Below are positions 26,828-38,641 of a DNA stretch of 64,000 bases, in pieces; position 1 is the first letter of the stretch; every line of letters starts with the position of its first letter. Both the position numbers and the translations under genes were made by a program. Source of the DNA: an uncultured virus (IMG/VR IMGVR_UViG_3300013426_000033). Lineage: Duplodnaviria > Heunggongvirae > Uroviricota > Caudoviricetes. The DNA lies in IMG/VR virus record IMGVR_UViG_3300013426_000033; one strand, given 5' to 3'. Below the pieces are notes generated by a model. The model worked only from the letters and a program-made list of their open reading frames with translations, was not told the origin of the DNA and searched no databases.

Positions 26828-27096
26828 TGACTTAAACACTCCAAACTATGTCCAGCAGAGGATTCTTGGAACCATCTTGTATCAACAACAGCAGGGTCTC
26901 CTAAAAATTCTACATAAGTTTCTGTAACTTTAGTAATTACACCAGCTAAAACATAATCTTTACGAACAGGATTATAACTAAGAATTGTCCAGTTTAATAA
27001 ATTAGACTGAGCATCTTCAATATTATCTTCTTTTCTACTAAATCTATATTTTAGCCACTTGGTAGATTCTAAAGGTTGTTTTGTTGGTAGATTCAT
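26824..27096 (-). CDS. Hypothetical protein
   Basis: 90 aa ORF in operon. Confidence 0.55.
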   Translation of the reverse strand: MNLPTKQPLESTKWLKYRFSRKEDNIEDAQSNLLNWTILSYNPVRKDYVLAGVITKVTETYVEFLGDPAVVDTRWFQESSAGHSLECLSQ

Positions 27097-27362
27097 TCTT
27101 TTTCCTCTTCTTTCCAGAAAGGATAATTATCTCTCTTTTTACAAGACCTTTCATATTTACAAGAAAGCTCACATCCGTAAACCATATAATGATTATCACA
27201 ATGTTTACAAACAACTTGCCCATAAGGATTGCTTAATTCTTCAAGCATTAATACAGCTTTTTTCCCATCAATCCCATCAACACATTTTCTTTCATGTAAG
27301 TAGCATTCATCTAAAGACTAAAACTCTTTGCCACACTTTTCACAACAATATTTAATTGTCAT
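27093..27362 (-). CDS. Zn-finger-like protein (one TAG=Gln), absent from ORF track
   Basis: MTIKYCCEKCGKEF(TAG)SLDECYLHE...; fills operon gap with ATGA overlaps at both ends. Confidence 0.7.
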
Positions 27363-27802
27363 TTTCCGTAAACCTCTTTCTTTTTATTTTCATAAAACTT
27401 GTTCAACCCTGCAAGGTCAGGTGCATTTGGACAAGTCTTTTCACCCATAAATGTAGTAATCATATTAATAATTCTCTTATTCCTATGATTGAGAGGTGGA
27501 ATAGAGGGGTCCTTAAAAGCAGAACAGATAAAACGAGAACAAATTTCAGGTCTTACTTCATAAATCTGACACTTATTTTCCTCATTCAAAAAAGGACAAA
27601 TATCCTTAAAACCTTTATCCAAAGCGGTATTGCGATTAATCATTTTTACTTCTGGATGCTGCCCAAGATACTTCTTAATCTTTTTTACTTCTGCATCACT
27701 TACACAAAGAATTGCAGAACAACAAGCTCCACATCCAGAACATTTACCATCAACAGTATGGTCTACTTTATTAGCCATCTGATTATTCATATTACTTTCC
27801 AA
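27359..27802 (-). CDS. YkgJ-like Cys-cluster (Zn/Fe-S) protein
   Basis: CSGCGACC, CPFL, CQIYEVRPEIC. Confidence 0.8.
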   Translation of the reverse strand: MESNMNNQMANKVDHTVDGKCSGCGACCSAILCVSDAEVKKIKKYLGQHPEVKMINRNTALDKGFKDICPFLNEENKCQIYEVRPEICSRFICSAFKDPSIPPLNHRNKRIINMITTFMGEKTCPNAPDLAGLNKFYENKKKEVYGK

Positions 27803-29780
27803 TCCTTTTTAAAAATTCTTCTTCGCTCATAATAGGAGTTCCTAATTCAGCAGCTTTCTTGGCTTTAGAAGAACCACTATTAGCTTCATTAGTCAAAAGA
27901 TAGTCGGTTTTCTTAGAAACAGAACCAGTTAACTTACCACAATTATCAGTAATAATTTTTTCAATTTCAGAACGCTTCATAGTATTAAAAGCACCTGTAA
28001 CACAGAAAGTCTTACCATTGATAAACTCATTTGTAGCAATCTGTGCTGGCTTATCCCAAACCAAATTCAACTCAAAGATAAGATTTGCAAACAACGTATC
28101 TTCACTATTCCACCAATTATGTAAAGCCTGAGACATTGTTTCGCCAAATCCATCTAAAGTGGAAAAATCAAAATTATCAAAATCAAGGGCTTCCTCAAAA
28201 GCCATCCAATCTCCATTAAAATGCTTACTAATTTCTTTAGCGGCTGTCTTACCAATATTGGGAATGCTCAAAGCGACAAGAAGATTTTCAAGCTTAACAT
28301 GACGTGACTTTTCAATAGATTCAATCAGCTTATTATAAGACTTTTCACCAAAGCCATCCATCTCAACAATTTCATCCTTGTACTTGTCAAGATGATAAAG
28401 GTCTGCATACTTCTTAATATATCCAGCATCAATGAATCTCTTAAGAGTGGCTTCACTCAAACCATCAATATTCATTGCTGGCTTAGATACAAACTGGACA
28501 AATTTAGCCAAATTCTTTTCAGGACAGTCAGGATTTTCGCACCAAAGAGTTTCTGCACCGGATTCAGAAATCTTAGTTATAGTAGGCTTACCACAACAAG
28601 GACAAACCTTCGGAATTTCAAAATCAGCATCTCCGTCTTTATTACAAAAAACAATCTGAGGAATAATCATGTTCATTTTTGCAACTTTGACAGTACAATT
28701 CTTTCTTAAACCAAGAGACTTAATAATGCTAATATTATGAACAGATGCACGACTTACTTCTGTATTATCAAGAATAACAGATTCAAACACAGCCGTAGGA
28801 GTAATTACACCAGTCTTACCAACTGCCCATTCGATATCTCTAAGAATACTTCCTGCCGTTTCATCTTCATACTTAAAAGCCAAGCTCTTACGGAAATGAT
28901 GTCCTGTATTACCAAGACTTAAGCCATAAGCAATATCATCATAAGTAATAACACAACCATCAACAGGAATGCCCTTTTTATCAGCGATTTGCTTCAACTT
29001 AACAGTTAAATTTTCAACTTCATAAAGGTCAACATTATCCCCATTGAAATAATTGCAAGGAACAATAGTAAAACCTAAAGACTGAAGCTTATTCATATCT
29101 CTTTTGAAGCTGCCAGTAGTCCCCTCAATCAAACTCCAAGCCCAAAACTGAAGACCTCTCTGAGAAGCAATCTTATTATCCAAAAGAGAAAGACTACCAC
29201 TTGCAAGATTGCGCTGAGTAGCATATTGTTCTCCATCAGAAAGCTCTGCATTGATTCGTTCAAAATCTTCTCTAAGAATAATACACTCTCCATCAATAAC
29301 AAGAGTTTCCTTATTATCAATAGTCAAAGGTAGATTCTTCATAACCTTGGCATTATTAAGAACATCAGTTCCTTCAACACCATTACCACGAGTTTCAGCA
29401 GAAATAAGTTTTCCATTTTCATATTTGACAGACATAGTAAGTCCATCTAACTTCATAGACAAAGCAACTTCTTTGTCCCCAGCAAAACTAAGCAAATCTT
29501 GACAACTCTTAGTCTTATCAAGAGAAAGCATCAAATGGTCATGTTTAACCTTCTTAAGCGAATCAACAGTTTCATAACCAACTGTCTGAGTAGGAGAGTT
29601 TGAAAGAATAAAATTCTCTTCCCACTCCAATTCACACAATTCATCAAACAGCTTGTCATACTCTGCATCAGAGACCAAAGATTCACTGTAATTATAATAC
29701 TTATCTCGATATTTATTTAGTAAACTTGTTAATTCTTTAATACGTGCAATATTTTCATAATTATTCATATTAATCTCCAT
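27792..29780 (-). CDS. ligA: NAD-dependent DNA ligase
   Basis: KLDG, TRGNG, Zn finger, HhH, BRCT. Confidence 0.95.
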   Translation of the reverse strand: MEINMNNYENIARIKELTSLLNKYRDKYYNYSESLVSDAEYDKLFDELCELEWEENFILSNSPTQTVGYETVDSLKKVKHDHLMLSLDKTKSCQDLLSFAGDKEVALSMKLDGLTMSVKYENGKLISAETRGNGVEGTDVLNNAKVMKNLPLTIDNKETLVIDGECIILREDFERINAELSDGEQYATQRNLASGSLSLLDNKIASQRGLQFWAWSLIEGTTGSFKRDMNKLQSLGFTIVPCNYFNGDNVDLYEVENLTVKLKQIADKKGIPVDGCVITYDDIAYGLSLGNTGHHFRKSLAFKYEDETAGSILRDIEWAVGKTGVITPTAVFESVILDNTEVSRASVHNISIIKSLGLRKNCTVKVAKMNMIIPQIVFCNKDGDADFEIPKVCPCCGKPTITKISESGAETLWCENPDCPEKNLAKFVQFVSKPAMNIDGLSEATLKRFIDAGYIKKYADLYHLDKYKDEIVEMDGFGEKSYNKLIESIEKSRHVKLENLLVALSIPNIGKTAAKEISKHFNGDWMAFEEALDFDNFDFSTLDGFGETMSQALHNWWNSEDTLFANLIFELNLVWDKPAQIATNEFINGKTFCVTGAFNTMKRSEIEKIITDNCGKLTGSVSKKTDYLLTNEANSGSSKAKKAAELGTPIMSEEEFLKRIGK

Positions 29781-29857
29781 TACTTATCAATTGTGCTCAT
29801 AATAAGCAAAGACAAAGCAACCCAAACAACTAAAATACCAATTACTGCATAACTCAT
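29780..29857 (-). CDS. 25-aa membrane peptide
   Basis: MSYAVIGILVVWVALSLLIMSTIDK, translationally coupled on both sides. Confidence 0.45.
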   Translation of the reverse strand: MSYAVIGILVVWVALSLLIMSTIDK

Positions 29858-30681
29858 AATTTAGTCTCACTTTCTAAAAGTTCTTTCTTTAAAGAATGTG
29901 CAATCATTGTTCTTTGTACATTTTTCAAGACTTCTTCTACGTCTTTATCAGTCTCAAAATGCTTATCCATTACATATTCATCTACCAAAACTTCTGCTTC
30001 TGTAATTAGGATTTCTGCAACTCTTTTTGCATCTTCAACAGGAAGTGGAGCAGTTTTATAACTAATTAACAATTCAGGGTCTGTAGGAACTAAAATCTTT
30101 TCATAAGTTTCATTTTCTGCAATATATCTTTTAATGAAATCAGACAATCTTGCAATATGGTGAAAATCTTTCAACCCATAACCGTAATTGTCAATATCAA
30201 ACTCGTTATGTGGTGCTCGATGAAGCATCTGCTTATACTTAGTCTTCATATTACCATACATTGTCAATACAGCTTTCTGAGGACAATAATGAGCAATAGC
30301 TTCTCTATTTTTAATAACTGCTCCAAGCCACATACCAGTATATTCTGGATTAAGTTCAAAATATTTAGTAAACAAAGTTTCAATAAAATTGATGTTTTGC
30401 TTTAAATAGCTGTTAAACATCAAACGAATATCTTTTACCTCTGAATGAGACCCATCTTTTTCCACTATTAATTTATTTACACAATTTTTACTATCAATCA
30501 CATCATCAAAAGAGGGTAAGACTATTGTTTTTACATCTATATCTGAATTTAAAGTGTCTAAATTATAATTGCCCGAACCAAAGTAAAAAACTCCCACGAC
30601 ACGAGTTTCGCCATATTCTTCTATGGCTCTTAAATATCTATTTCTTATTTCTAATCTTACACCTTTTTCGTTCAACATCAA
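29854..30681 (-). CDS. Pol-beta-superfamily nucleotidyltransferase
   Basis: GSGNY..SDID, KQNINFIETL. Confidence 0.8.
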   Translation of the reverse strand: MMLNEKGVRLEIRNRYLRAIEEYGETRVVGVFYFGSGNYNLDTLNSDIDVKTIVLPSFDDVIDSKNCVNKLIVEKDGSHSEVKDIRLMFNSYLKQNINFIETLFTKYFELNPEYTGMWLGAVIKNREAIAHYCPQKAVLTMYGNMKTKYKQMLHRAPHNEFDIDNYGYGLKDFHHIARLSDFIKRYIAENETYEKILVPTDPELLISYKTAPLPVEDAKRVAEILITEAEVLVDEYVMDKHFETDKDVEEVLKNVQRTMIAHSLKKELLESETKL

Positions 30682-30683
30682 TT

Positions 30684-31736
30684 TTATTCCTTAATTAAAT
30701 ATTTGGTAGTTTTAGGATTTAAATCTTCTATGGTTATTTTATGCAATTTACTAAAAGGAATTCTAATCAGCGGAATATTATTGCTTAAACAAAAATCGTT
30801 TTTTATTTTATCATATTCCTATCTTTTTTCAAATTTTCCATCTTTGTCCCATTTAGTGTTGTGCTTGTAATAATGTTGCGACCCATCAAATTCTATAATA
30901 TAAAAGCTATTCCCCTAATATACAATAAAATCAAAAAAAGCAAGATGTCCTGATGGAAAACGCAATTTATAACTTTGATTGTTCTTAAATTCTATTTTAT
31001 TATCTCTTAAAATTTGAGAAATCTCTTTTTCTCCTATAGATTTAATACAGCCACAGCTCTAAGTCCATTGCGAAGTCAACTTGCTTGCTCTTACTCCTAT
31101 TTTATTCCCACAATCACACAAGCAATTCCAATAAACTTCGCCACATTGCAAGGTTAATTGTTCATCTATATTTATTGCGGTTAAATTTCCAAATCTTTGC
31201 CCAGTTAAATCACGTCTTTTTTCTATGCCCCTCTCTTTTTTCAAACAACCGCAAGATTTCGAATGCCCCTAAGTTAAATTAGATGCTAATTTTAAAACGG
31301 GCTATGAACCACAATCACACTAACATAAACACAAGTGTTTCCCTTTTTCCATATGGTCAGAAATGACTGTTAATTTTCCAAATTTCTATCCAATTAAACT
31401 TTCCATCTCAGAGCCTTTATTAGCTAAACACCCGCAGCTTTTTATTCTTCCATGCATTAAATCTGTACGACGCAAAGCTAAATTTTTCTTCCCACAAGAA
31501 CAATCACAAATTACGAAAATAGAAAAACCATCATCTTCCACTACAGTTAATTTCCCATAAATATTCCCTATAAGATTTGTATATTCTTTTTTTAAATTGT
31601 TCTATTTAACAAAACGATAAATTAAATCTGAGCAGCAATTTAATTCTTGACTTATTTTTTTACAAGTCCAATGTTTATAGCAATAGTAGTTTTTTATTAA
31701 TGACTTTTCTTCGTTAGAAAAGACTCTCTTATTCAT
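30684..31736 (-). CDS. Homing endonuclease-like protein with repeated CxCxCG modules (many TAG=Gln)
   Basis: Open from ATG 31736 to TAA 30684 with TAG read-through; GQRFGNLT, SCGC repeats, IIEFDGSQH. Confidence 0.8.
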
Positions 31737-31776
31737 TATAGCTCGCCTCCCTTTTTATCTATTCTTACTTAATGAC

Positions 31777-31805
31777 ATTATAACAGACTGATTCTATCTT
31801 GTCAA
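31777..31805 (-). promoter_or_regulatory. SigmaA-type promoter
   Basis: TTGACA-N17-TATAAT with TG. Confidence 0.8.
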
Positions 31806-31844
31806 GAAGTTATAATGAAAAAGTTGAAAGGGGTATAATACCCC

Positions 31845-32054
31845 TTAATCAACTTCTATCTTTTTGTATTTCCCGCAATTACATTCACCAGCATAGTTTT
31901 GTTCTTTAAAGGCTTTGCAAATACAAACCATATCATCAGTTTGAGTTAAACCGCATGGGCAATACTGTTTTCCATATTTCTCTTTCATTTCTGCAAGTTG
32001 GCGATTAGTTTCTTCTACTAATTCTTTGTCATCATTTAATACAATTTTTAACAT
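31845..32054 (-). CDS. Ferredoxin-thioredoxin reductase catalytic-subunit-like protein
   Basis: YCPC, CIC, CNCG. Confidence 0.7.
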   Translation of the reverse strand: MLKIVLNDDKELVEETNRQLAEMKEKYGKQYCPCGLTQTDDMVCICKAFKEQNYAGECNCGKYKKIEVD

Positions 32055-32548
32055 TAAGATATCCTCTCTGCATACTGATTATCAGAAGCCAAAGTAATTT
32101 TAAGAATTTCATCAAAATGACTGACAGAATTTGGTTTATATCTGCCATATTTTAAAATTACATTGGGATACTTTTTTAATTGCTTAATTTCTTTTTCTAT
32201 TTCTTCTTTATAATACCCCGTATAAATTATAAAGTCATCATTACAATTTTGTTTTCTAAAATAATCCAGCAAAGACAAAACTTCTTCAAATTGTAACATA
32301 GGCTCTAAACCTCCTATTACGACTGCCTTTGTAATTTCGTTGTCTATATAAACTTTATAAATAGAAGAAATCAAAAATTCTTTCGTAGCTTGTCTTACCA
32401 CAGGTTCGTTTTGACATACAGTAATTGGAATATTAGCTTCATGACAACATTTCCAATCACATTTACAAGTGATAAGGAAGAGGGAGGGCTTCGCATAATT
32501 AACAAAGTCCTCCATGACAACACCTTTAAGATGAATCTTCTCTTCCAT
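32054..32548 (-). CDS. nrdG: Anaerobic RNR activating radical-SAM protein
   Basis: EDFVNY, CxxxC..C, GGLEP, YTGY, ASDNQ; next to nrdD. Confidence 0.85.
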   Translation of the reverse strand: MEEKIHLKGVVMEDFVNYAKPSLFLITCKCDWKCCHEANIPITVCQNEPVVRQATKEFLISSIYKVYIDNEITKAVVIGGLEPMLQFEEVLSLLDYFRKQNCNDDFIIYTGYYKEEIEKEIKQLKKYPNVILKYGRYKPNSVSHFDEILKITLASDNQYAERIS

Positions 32549-32552
32549 AAAT

Positions 32553-34481
32553 TTATCCTTTCATGATAGAATCTGCATCTAAAACATTATACCAACGTCT
32601 TAAATTAAATTCCTTTTTTCTAATCTTTTGATAACTACTTACAGGGGTATAAAATCCTACTACTCTTGCATATTGGTCCGCCACAGGCTTTCCACAAATA
32701 GGACATGTTTGAGTTCCAATGAAAGAATGTTTATCTTCACAAACATTAATTTTAGTTGTAAACGCAAAATAAATTACACCTTTAGAAGCAATGTAATTAA
32801 GCATATCCCAAGCACTTTCTTTTGTTGCAAAACGATTTTCAATATCAATATGAGCAATGCAGCCTCCGCCACATTTTTCATCAAGTACGCTTCCTAAACG
32901 ACACTTTTCTTTAATAGTGCATTGTTCGGTTAATGAGACCCACTAATTTGAGTAAATAAAATATTTATTTTGCTCAAACAAGAGATTATCTGCGGTACAA
33001 ATTACACCAGCACAATTTTCCCGAGGGATAGATTCAACATTAAAAGAAAAATCACATTCAAAACTATCTTTTACTTCATTGATAGTATCAAGAATCTAAC
33101 AAGCAAATTCCAACCCTTCTTCTGTATAATATTTATTACCAAACTCGTCAGTATTAATTAATCCAAAAGAATCAATAACTTCATACATTCCAAGAATACC
33201 AATAGTACAATATTGCTTGTCAAGTTCGACTGCTCCTTCTTGATAGTTGGGTAGCAAACCTTTTTCTATATTACGCTCCAAAATATGACGCATACTAGTT
33301 AATGCCTTACAATCCAAAAGTACTCGGTCTTTAAGAAGTTCAATATATTTCTTTTTGTTAAATTTAGTCTCATATGCAATACGCATAAGATTAATTGTAC
33401 TTACACGACAAGACCCAACAGACAACGCTGTACCACCAATAGAATTAACAAAAGCATCAAGCTTTTGAGTGTCAGAAAGTAAACGGCAACAATTTGAAAG
33501 CACTCCAACATTATCAGATACAAAGAAATTAGAATCAGACCACTTAATGTTATGATAACAAGCCCATCGAGCAGTTTCTTCATCTTCAAATTTACCGTCT
33601 TTATAAAGTAAAGAATAAGTTAAAACAGGGAAAGTAAACATGTTTTCACTACGAATATCACTTACTACATCCATAAACAAACGCTGGCACTTCATAATTT
33701 CTTCAATTTGGTCAATAGCGAAAGACCCATCTGGAAATTCCAAACCACCAAACAAAGATTCAAGATAAGGACGGTCAAAAATACTTACATTTGTAAAAGC
33801 GCACTGGTCAATTCTAAGGAACGGCTGATTTAATCTATAAACAAATTTCTGAAAATATTGTCTTAAATAAGTATCAGGGTCTTTAAAATAATGCCCGTTT
33901 TTTATATCCATTTTCCAGAAATAATAAGCCCAAATAATTACATTTGGGAGGCCAACGGCCCGAGATTGACGGTTACTGAGGAACGAAACAAACTCAATAA
34001 CATCATCAAAATATGTGTCCAAATGTTTAGGAGGCTGATTATTATATCCTCCAAGGAAAAACAATCCTTCTCTTGCCAAACGAGTTAAATCATTTGCCCA
34101 ACAATAGGGAAAATAACTTGCCGTAGCAGAATCGTTAAGATAAAAACCCTTGCTAAATTCCTATTCTAACCAAGCTTTAGCAGTGCGCAGTCCCCATTTT
34201 TTCTTAATTTCAAGGAAAATTTTATTTAAACCAAAAAGCTTATCTTCACTCTTCCCCTTTTCAGTCATAAAAGAACGAATATCTCTATGGCTAGCATTTG
34301 CATTAGGGTCGATAGTAGCATCTGCCATTGTGCTTTGATTTACGAATTTATCTAAGAATTCTGAAAAATCTAACTAACTAGAATGAACCCCATTAATATA
34401 TTCGAAATCTTCACCATATTTCTTTTTTAAGTCTTCAAGACATCTTTCAAAATCTTTTGTTAAACGAAGTGAAATGTCCAT
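32553..34481 (-). CDS. nrdD: Anaerobic ribonucleoside-triphosphate reductase (TAG=Gln, CGG at Gly sites)
   Basis: PPKHL, TFPV, SNCCRL, YSN(TAG)W, RVVGFY glycyl-radical motif. Confidence 0.92.
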
Positions 34482-34499
34482 ATAAAATTTTCCTCCTTT

Positions 34500-34703
34500 T
34501 TAATTATTATTAATCCATTGATTTGCTTCATTGAAAGCCATAATTTCTCCATCAACTTCAAGTAATGGAGCAGAAGCAAAACCCTTTTTAATCATTTCCT
34601 TTACATCGAAATCAGTTCTGGCTTCAAATTCAATTCCCTTTTGTTTAAGTTTCTTTTCCAAAACAATACAACGAGGGCAATTAGTAGTATACAAAACAAC
34701 CAT
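34500..34703 (-). CDS. Glutaredoxin/NrdH-like protein
   Basis: CPRC, APLLEVDG. Confidence 0.85.
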   Translation of the reverse strand: MVVLYTTNCPRCIVLEKKLKQKGIEFEARTDFDVKEMIKKGFASAPLLEVDGEIMAFNEANQWINNN

Positions 34704-34726
34704 AACATCAATCTCCTTTTGTCCTT

Positions 34727-35269
34727 TTATGTAACATCTAAATTACCATCAGATAATTTAACTAACTAATTATATAATTTCATACAACCCCAAGTATCTG
34801 CATCTGCACTATGAGCATTTTCTAAGGTATAACCAAAATGTTCAAGCAAAGTCCCTAATTTATAATTAGCTACCTCTGTTTTTGGAATTAAGCGCTTTGC
34901 ATTTTCCAAAGTGCAACAAACAGCATGATTTGGAATTGGAATATGATATCTTTTTAGTTCTGGATAGATTACTTTATTAGCATCATATTTAGCATTATGA
35001 AAAATCCAAACACTGTCTGTCATATAATCTTTTATTTTTTCCCATACTTCATCAAAGGTGGGGCAATTTTTTATAGTATCATAGGTAATACCATTGACTT
35101 TAGATGCTCCACTTTCAATCTATGCCTATGGATTTACTAATATATATTTATCAGCAATTTTCTTGCCATTTTCATATACTAAAATTGCAATACTAACAAT
35201 TCTATTCTCTTTAAATCCAGTTGTTTCAGTATCACCTATAACGAGCTTATTATAATTAGGGAGAGCCAT
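34727..35269 (-). CDS. DEDDh 3'-5' exonuclease (TAG=Gln)
   Basis: GDTETTG, HNAKYD, AHSADAD. Confidence 0.88.
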
Positions 35270-35271
35270 AA

Positions 35272-35715
35272 TTACTCTCCCTCTACAGCTTTATCAGATT
35301 TCAGAGCATTTGCTCTCGCTGCTTCAATAGTGTTATTTTCATCCTTAATAGACAAAATTTTCTTCATCTTATTAAAAGCTTCTAAAATATATTTCAAAGA
35401 ACCAGATAAACATACTCCCAAAGTTGCCACTGTTGAAATAACAATGCTATATTCAGCAGGAATAGGAAGATTGTTTTTATTTGCCCAAGGAATAATTAAA
35501 GAGGTAGAAAGTACAAGTAGCATTGTACCACCCGCAAAAGCCAAAATTTTATAAAGACTGTTTAACAATCTTTGCTTTTCAAAAGTTTCTCCTGCGATTT
35601 TAATATTATAATATAAAGAGAAACTAACATTAGAAAGATATGCCATGCCAAAAATAGAAAATCCCACTAAAGCCGCTAAAAGATTTTCCAAGGCTAATTT
35701 CCAAAAATCCTACAT
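35272..35715 (-). CDS. Membrane protein (holin-like topology); TAG at codon 2
   Basis: GGAG RBS, ATG TAG GAT..., three hydrophobic segments. Confidence 0.6.
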
Positions 35716-35733
35716 AACTTTCTCCTTTAAGTT

Positions 35734-36216
35734 TTAATTACCAGAACTTCCAAATCCACCAGCACCACGCTCAGTATCAGGAAGTTCTTCTACTTGTTCA
35801 AAAGTAGTGGGAAGCACAGGAAGAATCATAGCTTGAGCAATTCTATCTCCGTGTCTAATAATTTGTGTTTCGGCACTATCGTTATGAAGAGCAACAATCC
35901 ACTCGCCACGATAGTCTGCGTCAATTACACCCACACAATTTGCAGGACGCAAGCCTTGCTTAGTAGCTAAACCACTACGAGCAAAAACTGCACCCCAATA
36001 TCCAACAGGAATTGCAGTTGCGATACCAGTCTTTACCTTTACAGTCTCATGAGGACGAATCTTAATTCCTGCAACATCTTTCTGAACATCCCAACTGTAA
36101 TAAGTATCATCAGGACAATCAGCATAAAGGTCAAAACAAGCATCTGTTTCGTGAGCCTTAAGAGGCATCTTAGCTGTCTTAGACAGCAACTTAATCTTTA
36201 CATCCATATTTGTCAA
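35734..36216 (-). CDS. dut: Trimeric dUTPase
   Basis: FDL, RSGLA, GVIDADYRGE, RIAQ, RGAGGFGSSG. Confidence 0.95.
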   Translation of the reverse strand: MTNMDVKIKLLSKTAKMPLKAHETDACFDLYADCPDDTYYSWDVQKDVAGIKIRPHETVKVKTGIATAIPVGYWGAVFARSGLATKQGLRPANCVGVIDADYRGEWIVALHNDSAETQIIRHGDRIAQAMILPVLPTTFEQVEELPDTERGAGGFGSSGN

Positions 36217-36269
36217 TCCTTTTTTGTCTAATTTTAATTTGTTTCTTTATATATAAAAATGGTGGAAAG

Positions 36270-37628
36270 TTACCCTTCCACCATAGAGTTTTTAAAACGC
36301 TTTAAGTTGTTTAGGGCTTTTGTAATTTCAGAATATTTGTAGCAAAACTGTTTCTTCAACAAGAAATCGTTTTCCTGTCCAAGATATTTGGTCTTTGTTC
36401 TGCCCTTTAATACTTTAGGAAGTTTGTCCATCCAAAGCATTGCTTCTTTCTTATCATTCCAAAAGTCTACACACTCTGCATTTCCTTTAATTAAAATTTT
36501 ATCAATTAACTCTTTATAGAGATTAAGATATTCATGAACAGTATTGTAATACTGCATAATTAATTCTCTATACGCATCAGGACACTTCGCTAAAAAATCA
36601 TCAAATCTGTCTTCGTGAATAGCATTAACAACTGCATTAGGAGAAATATTTTTAGATAAAGCTTTATGCATCAGGACATAATCCGATGTTTTAATTTTAC
36701 ATCTAAAATGATTTTTGTATCCATCAACCATATCAATTACCCAACCTTCTTTTTCAGAAGAAAGATAATTGTCAGTATCAGCTAAAATGCTAAATAAAGT
36801 AGCATTATAATACCATTGAGTCATTTTAGAATCATATTCCTCAGCCATATCACTCAGAATATCAAAAGAAACTTCTTTGCCGTCCTTAACATCTCTTGCC
36901 GCAAGTAAATATAAACCTTCTTGAGATTCATCGTACTTAACCACAATGGGGTTTTTAGGAGAAATATACTCAAAAATAAAAGTATAATCAGGATAATCCT
37001 TAATTAATTCTTTCTGTCCATCAGATAAAAGTTTATACCCTTCTGCAAGTCTCCAAGATTCAGCGGGGTCTAATGCCTGAGAACCAGAACCCAAGATTCG
37101 GTCTTCATCTGCAATATATCTATACTGCTGATAAGAACCATCAAGCTTGTTGGTAATAAAAACTTCATGAGCAAAATTATACTTAGACCCAATATTTTTA
37201 GGAGACCAATCACCGTCATCCTCACCGTAGTTTTTAAACTTTGCTAAAGATGCCAGAGCAATTTCATCATTCTTTAAATCAAAAACACAAGAACGACATT
37301 CCCTATAAAGACCATCATATAATTCAAAGAAAGAACTTAAATTATAATCATCAGATAATTCAATAAAACCTTTATACTTAAATAATACATAATGGTCATA
37401 ACAAGTAATCTGAAGAGGGTCAAAAATCTTGTTTAACTTCTCATTAAGTTTAGGAGTAATATTTCCCCATACTTCAAAAACTCTATCAAGCCAATCGTTA
37501 AAATTATAATTTTCAGGACAAGGTTCATTGTTAAGGAGAGTATAAGACTGGATATATTTTCTCTTTACAGTCATAACATACTGATAAAGAGGATGCCAAG
37601 TAAAATTTTTATTGAAACTAAATTTCAT
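36270..37628 (-). CDS. T4 Rnl1-like RNA ligase
   Basis: RECR, KFKN, KLDGS, FEYISP, EGWV, KIK. Confidence 0.85.
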   Translation of the reverse strand: MKFSFNKNFTWHPLYQYVMTVKRKYIQSYTLLNNEPCPENYNFNDWLDRVFEVWGNITPKLNEKLNKIFDPLQITCYDHYVLFKYKGFIELSDDYNLSSFFELYDGLYRECRSCVFDLKNDEIALASLAKFKNYGEDDGDWSPKNIGSKYNFAHEVFITNKLDGSYQQYRYIADEDRILGSGSQALDPAESWRLAEGYKLLSDGQKELIKDYPDYTFIFEYISPKNPIVVKYDESQEGLYLLAARDVKDGKEVSFDILSDMAEEYDSKMTQWYYNATLFSILADTDNYLSSEKEGWVIDMVDGYKNHFRCKIKTSDYVLMHKALSKNISPNAVVNAIHEDRFDDFLAKCPDAYRELIMQYYNTVHEYLNLYKELIDKILIKGNAECVDFWNDKKEAMLWMDKLPKVLKGRTKTKYLGQENDFLLKKQFCYKYSEITKALNNLKRFKNSMVEG

Positions 37629-37664
37629 TTTAAACTCTCCTTTACCAATTATTCATCTTCTGAT

Positions 37665-38630
37665 TTATTCCTCAGAAGTTCCGCTTGCAATCTTATCACA
37701 CTCATTAAACAGAAAAAGTTTATCAAGGTTTTCTTTTCCCATAATCTTTTCCCATTTAGCTTTAGATTTTTCAGTTTCAAGGAAGAAAGGAAGCATATGG
37801 AAGTTAATATAAAACAGACATTTTAAAATGTCATCCATATTAGTAAATCCAATACAATCCAGATTTGCTAAAAGGTCATATGTTCCTATATTATGATGAC
37901 TATAATATCTATAATCACCAGAACCATCTTCTTTCGGCTGTCCAGTAGTTAATTTACCTAAATCATGAATCTGTGCGGCTCTATAAAGAACCTTATCATC
38001 AGTTCTCTTAGCTACTTCTTCAGCACAAATCCTACAATGCTCATCTAAAGTATATTTATGATGATGAGTCTTCTGGTCAAAACCTTTCATCAAGTTCGTA
38101 ATATAATCATCATCAGTAGTCCAATTGGACTGAGGAACAATTACTTCAAACTGATTAAAGTTCCAACCAATCAAATTGATAATATCAAAACCTTCCTCAT
38201 AGAAAGGAATCTCAAACTTACCAACCTGTCTATCAATTACTTCTTCAGGAACAGTACGAGTTCTTGCTTTGTTCTGTCGCTTACAAACTGCCACAGGAGT
38301 AGTCATAACATAAGCAACCTTATTGACATTCTCTCTATTGCGAACAATATCAAGTAAACTTCTACGAGACTTAACATTAATATTAGTTGCATCAACAATA
38401 ATATTCATCTTGTCAATGCAATTATTAATACGACGGCGGACTTCTTTAAAGACTTCCTCATTATGAGTCTGGTCATTTACATCTCCAAAAACAGTTTCAC
38501 GAATTTCATCCGACGAAATAATCATTGTAGGCTGACCCATTTTAGTCAACATGTTTTTAAGATTCTGAGCAAGAGTAGACTTACCACTTGCCACAACTCC
38601 AATCATCATCATAAAATTCGTGTGTTCCAT
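37665..38630 (-). CDS. Polynucleotide-kinase-like P-loop + HD-domain protein
   Basis: GVVASGKST, SSDEIR, DATN; HH..TL.EH, HDLGK, HM. Confidence 0.85.
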   Translation of the reverse strand: MEHTNFMMMIGVVASGKSTLAQNLKNMLTKMGQPTMIISSDEIRETVFGDVNDQTHNEEVFKEVRRRINNCIDKMNIIVDATNINVKSRRSLLDIVRNRENVNKVAYVMTTPVAVCKRQNKARTRTVPEEVIDRQVGKFEIPFYEEGFDIINLIGWNFNQFEVIVPQSNWTTDDDYITNLMKGFDQKTHHHKYTLDEHCRICAEEVAKRTDDKVLYRAAQIHDLGKLTTGQPKEDGSGDYRYYSHHNIGTYDLLANLDCIGFTNMDDILKCLFYINFHMLPFFLETEKSKAKWEKIMGKENLDKLFLFNECDKIASGTSEE

Positions 38631-38641
38631 TTTTGTTCTCC

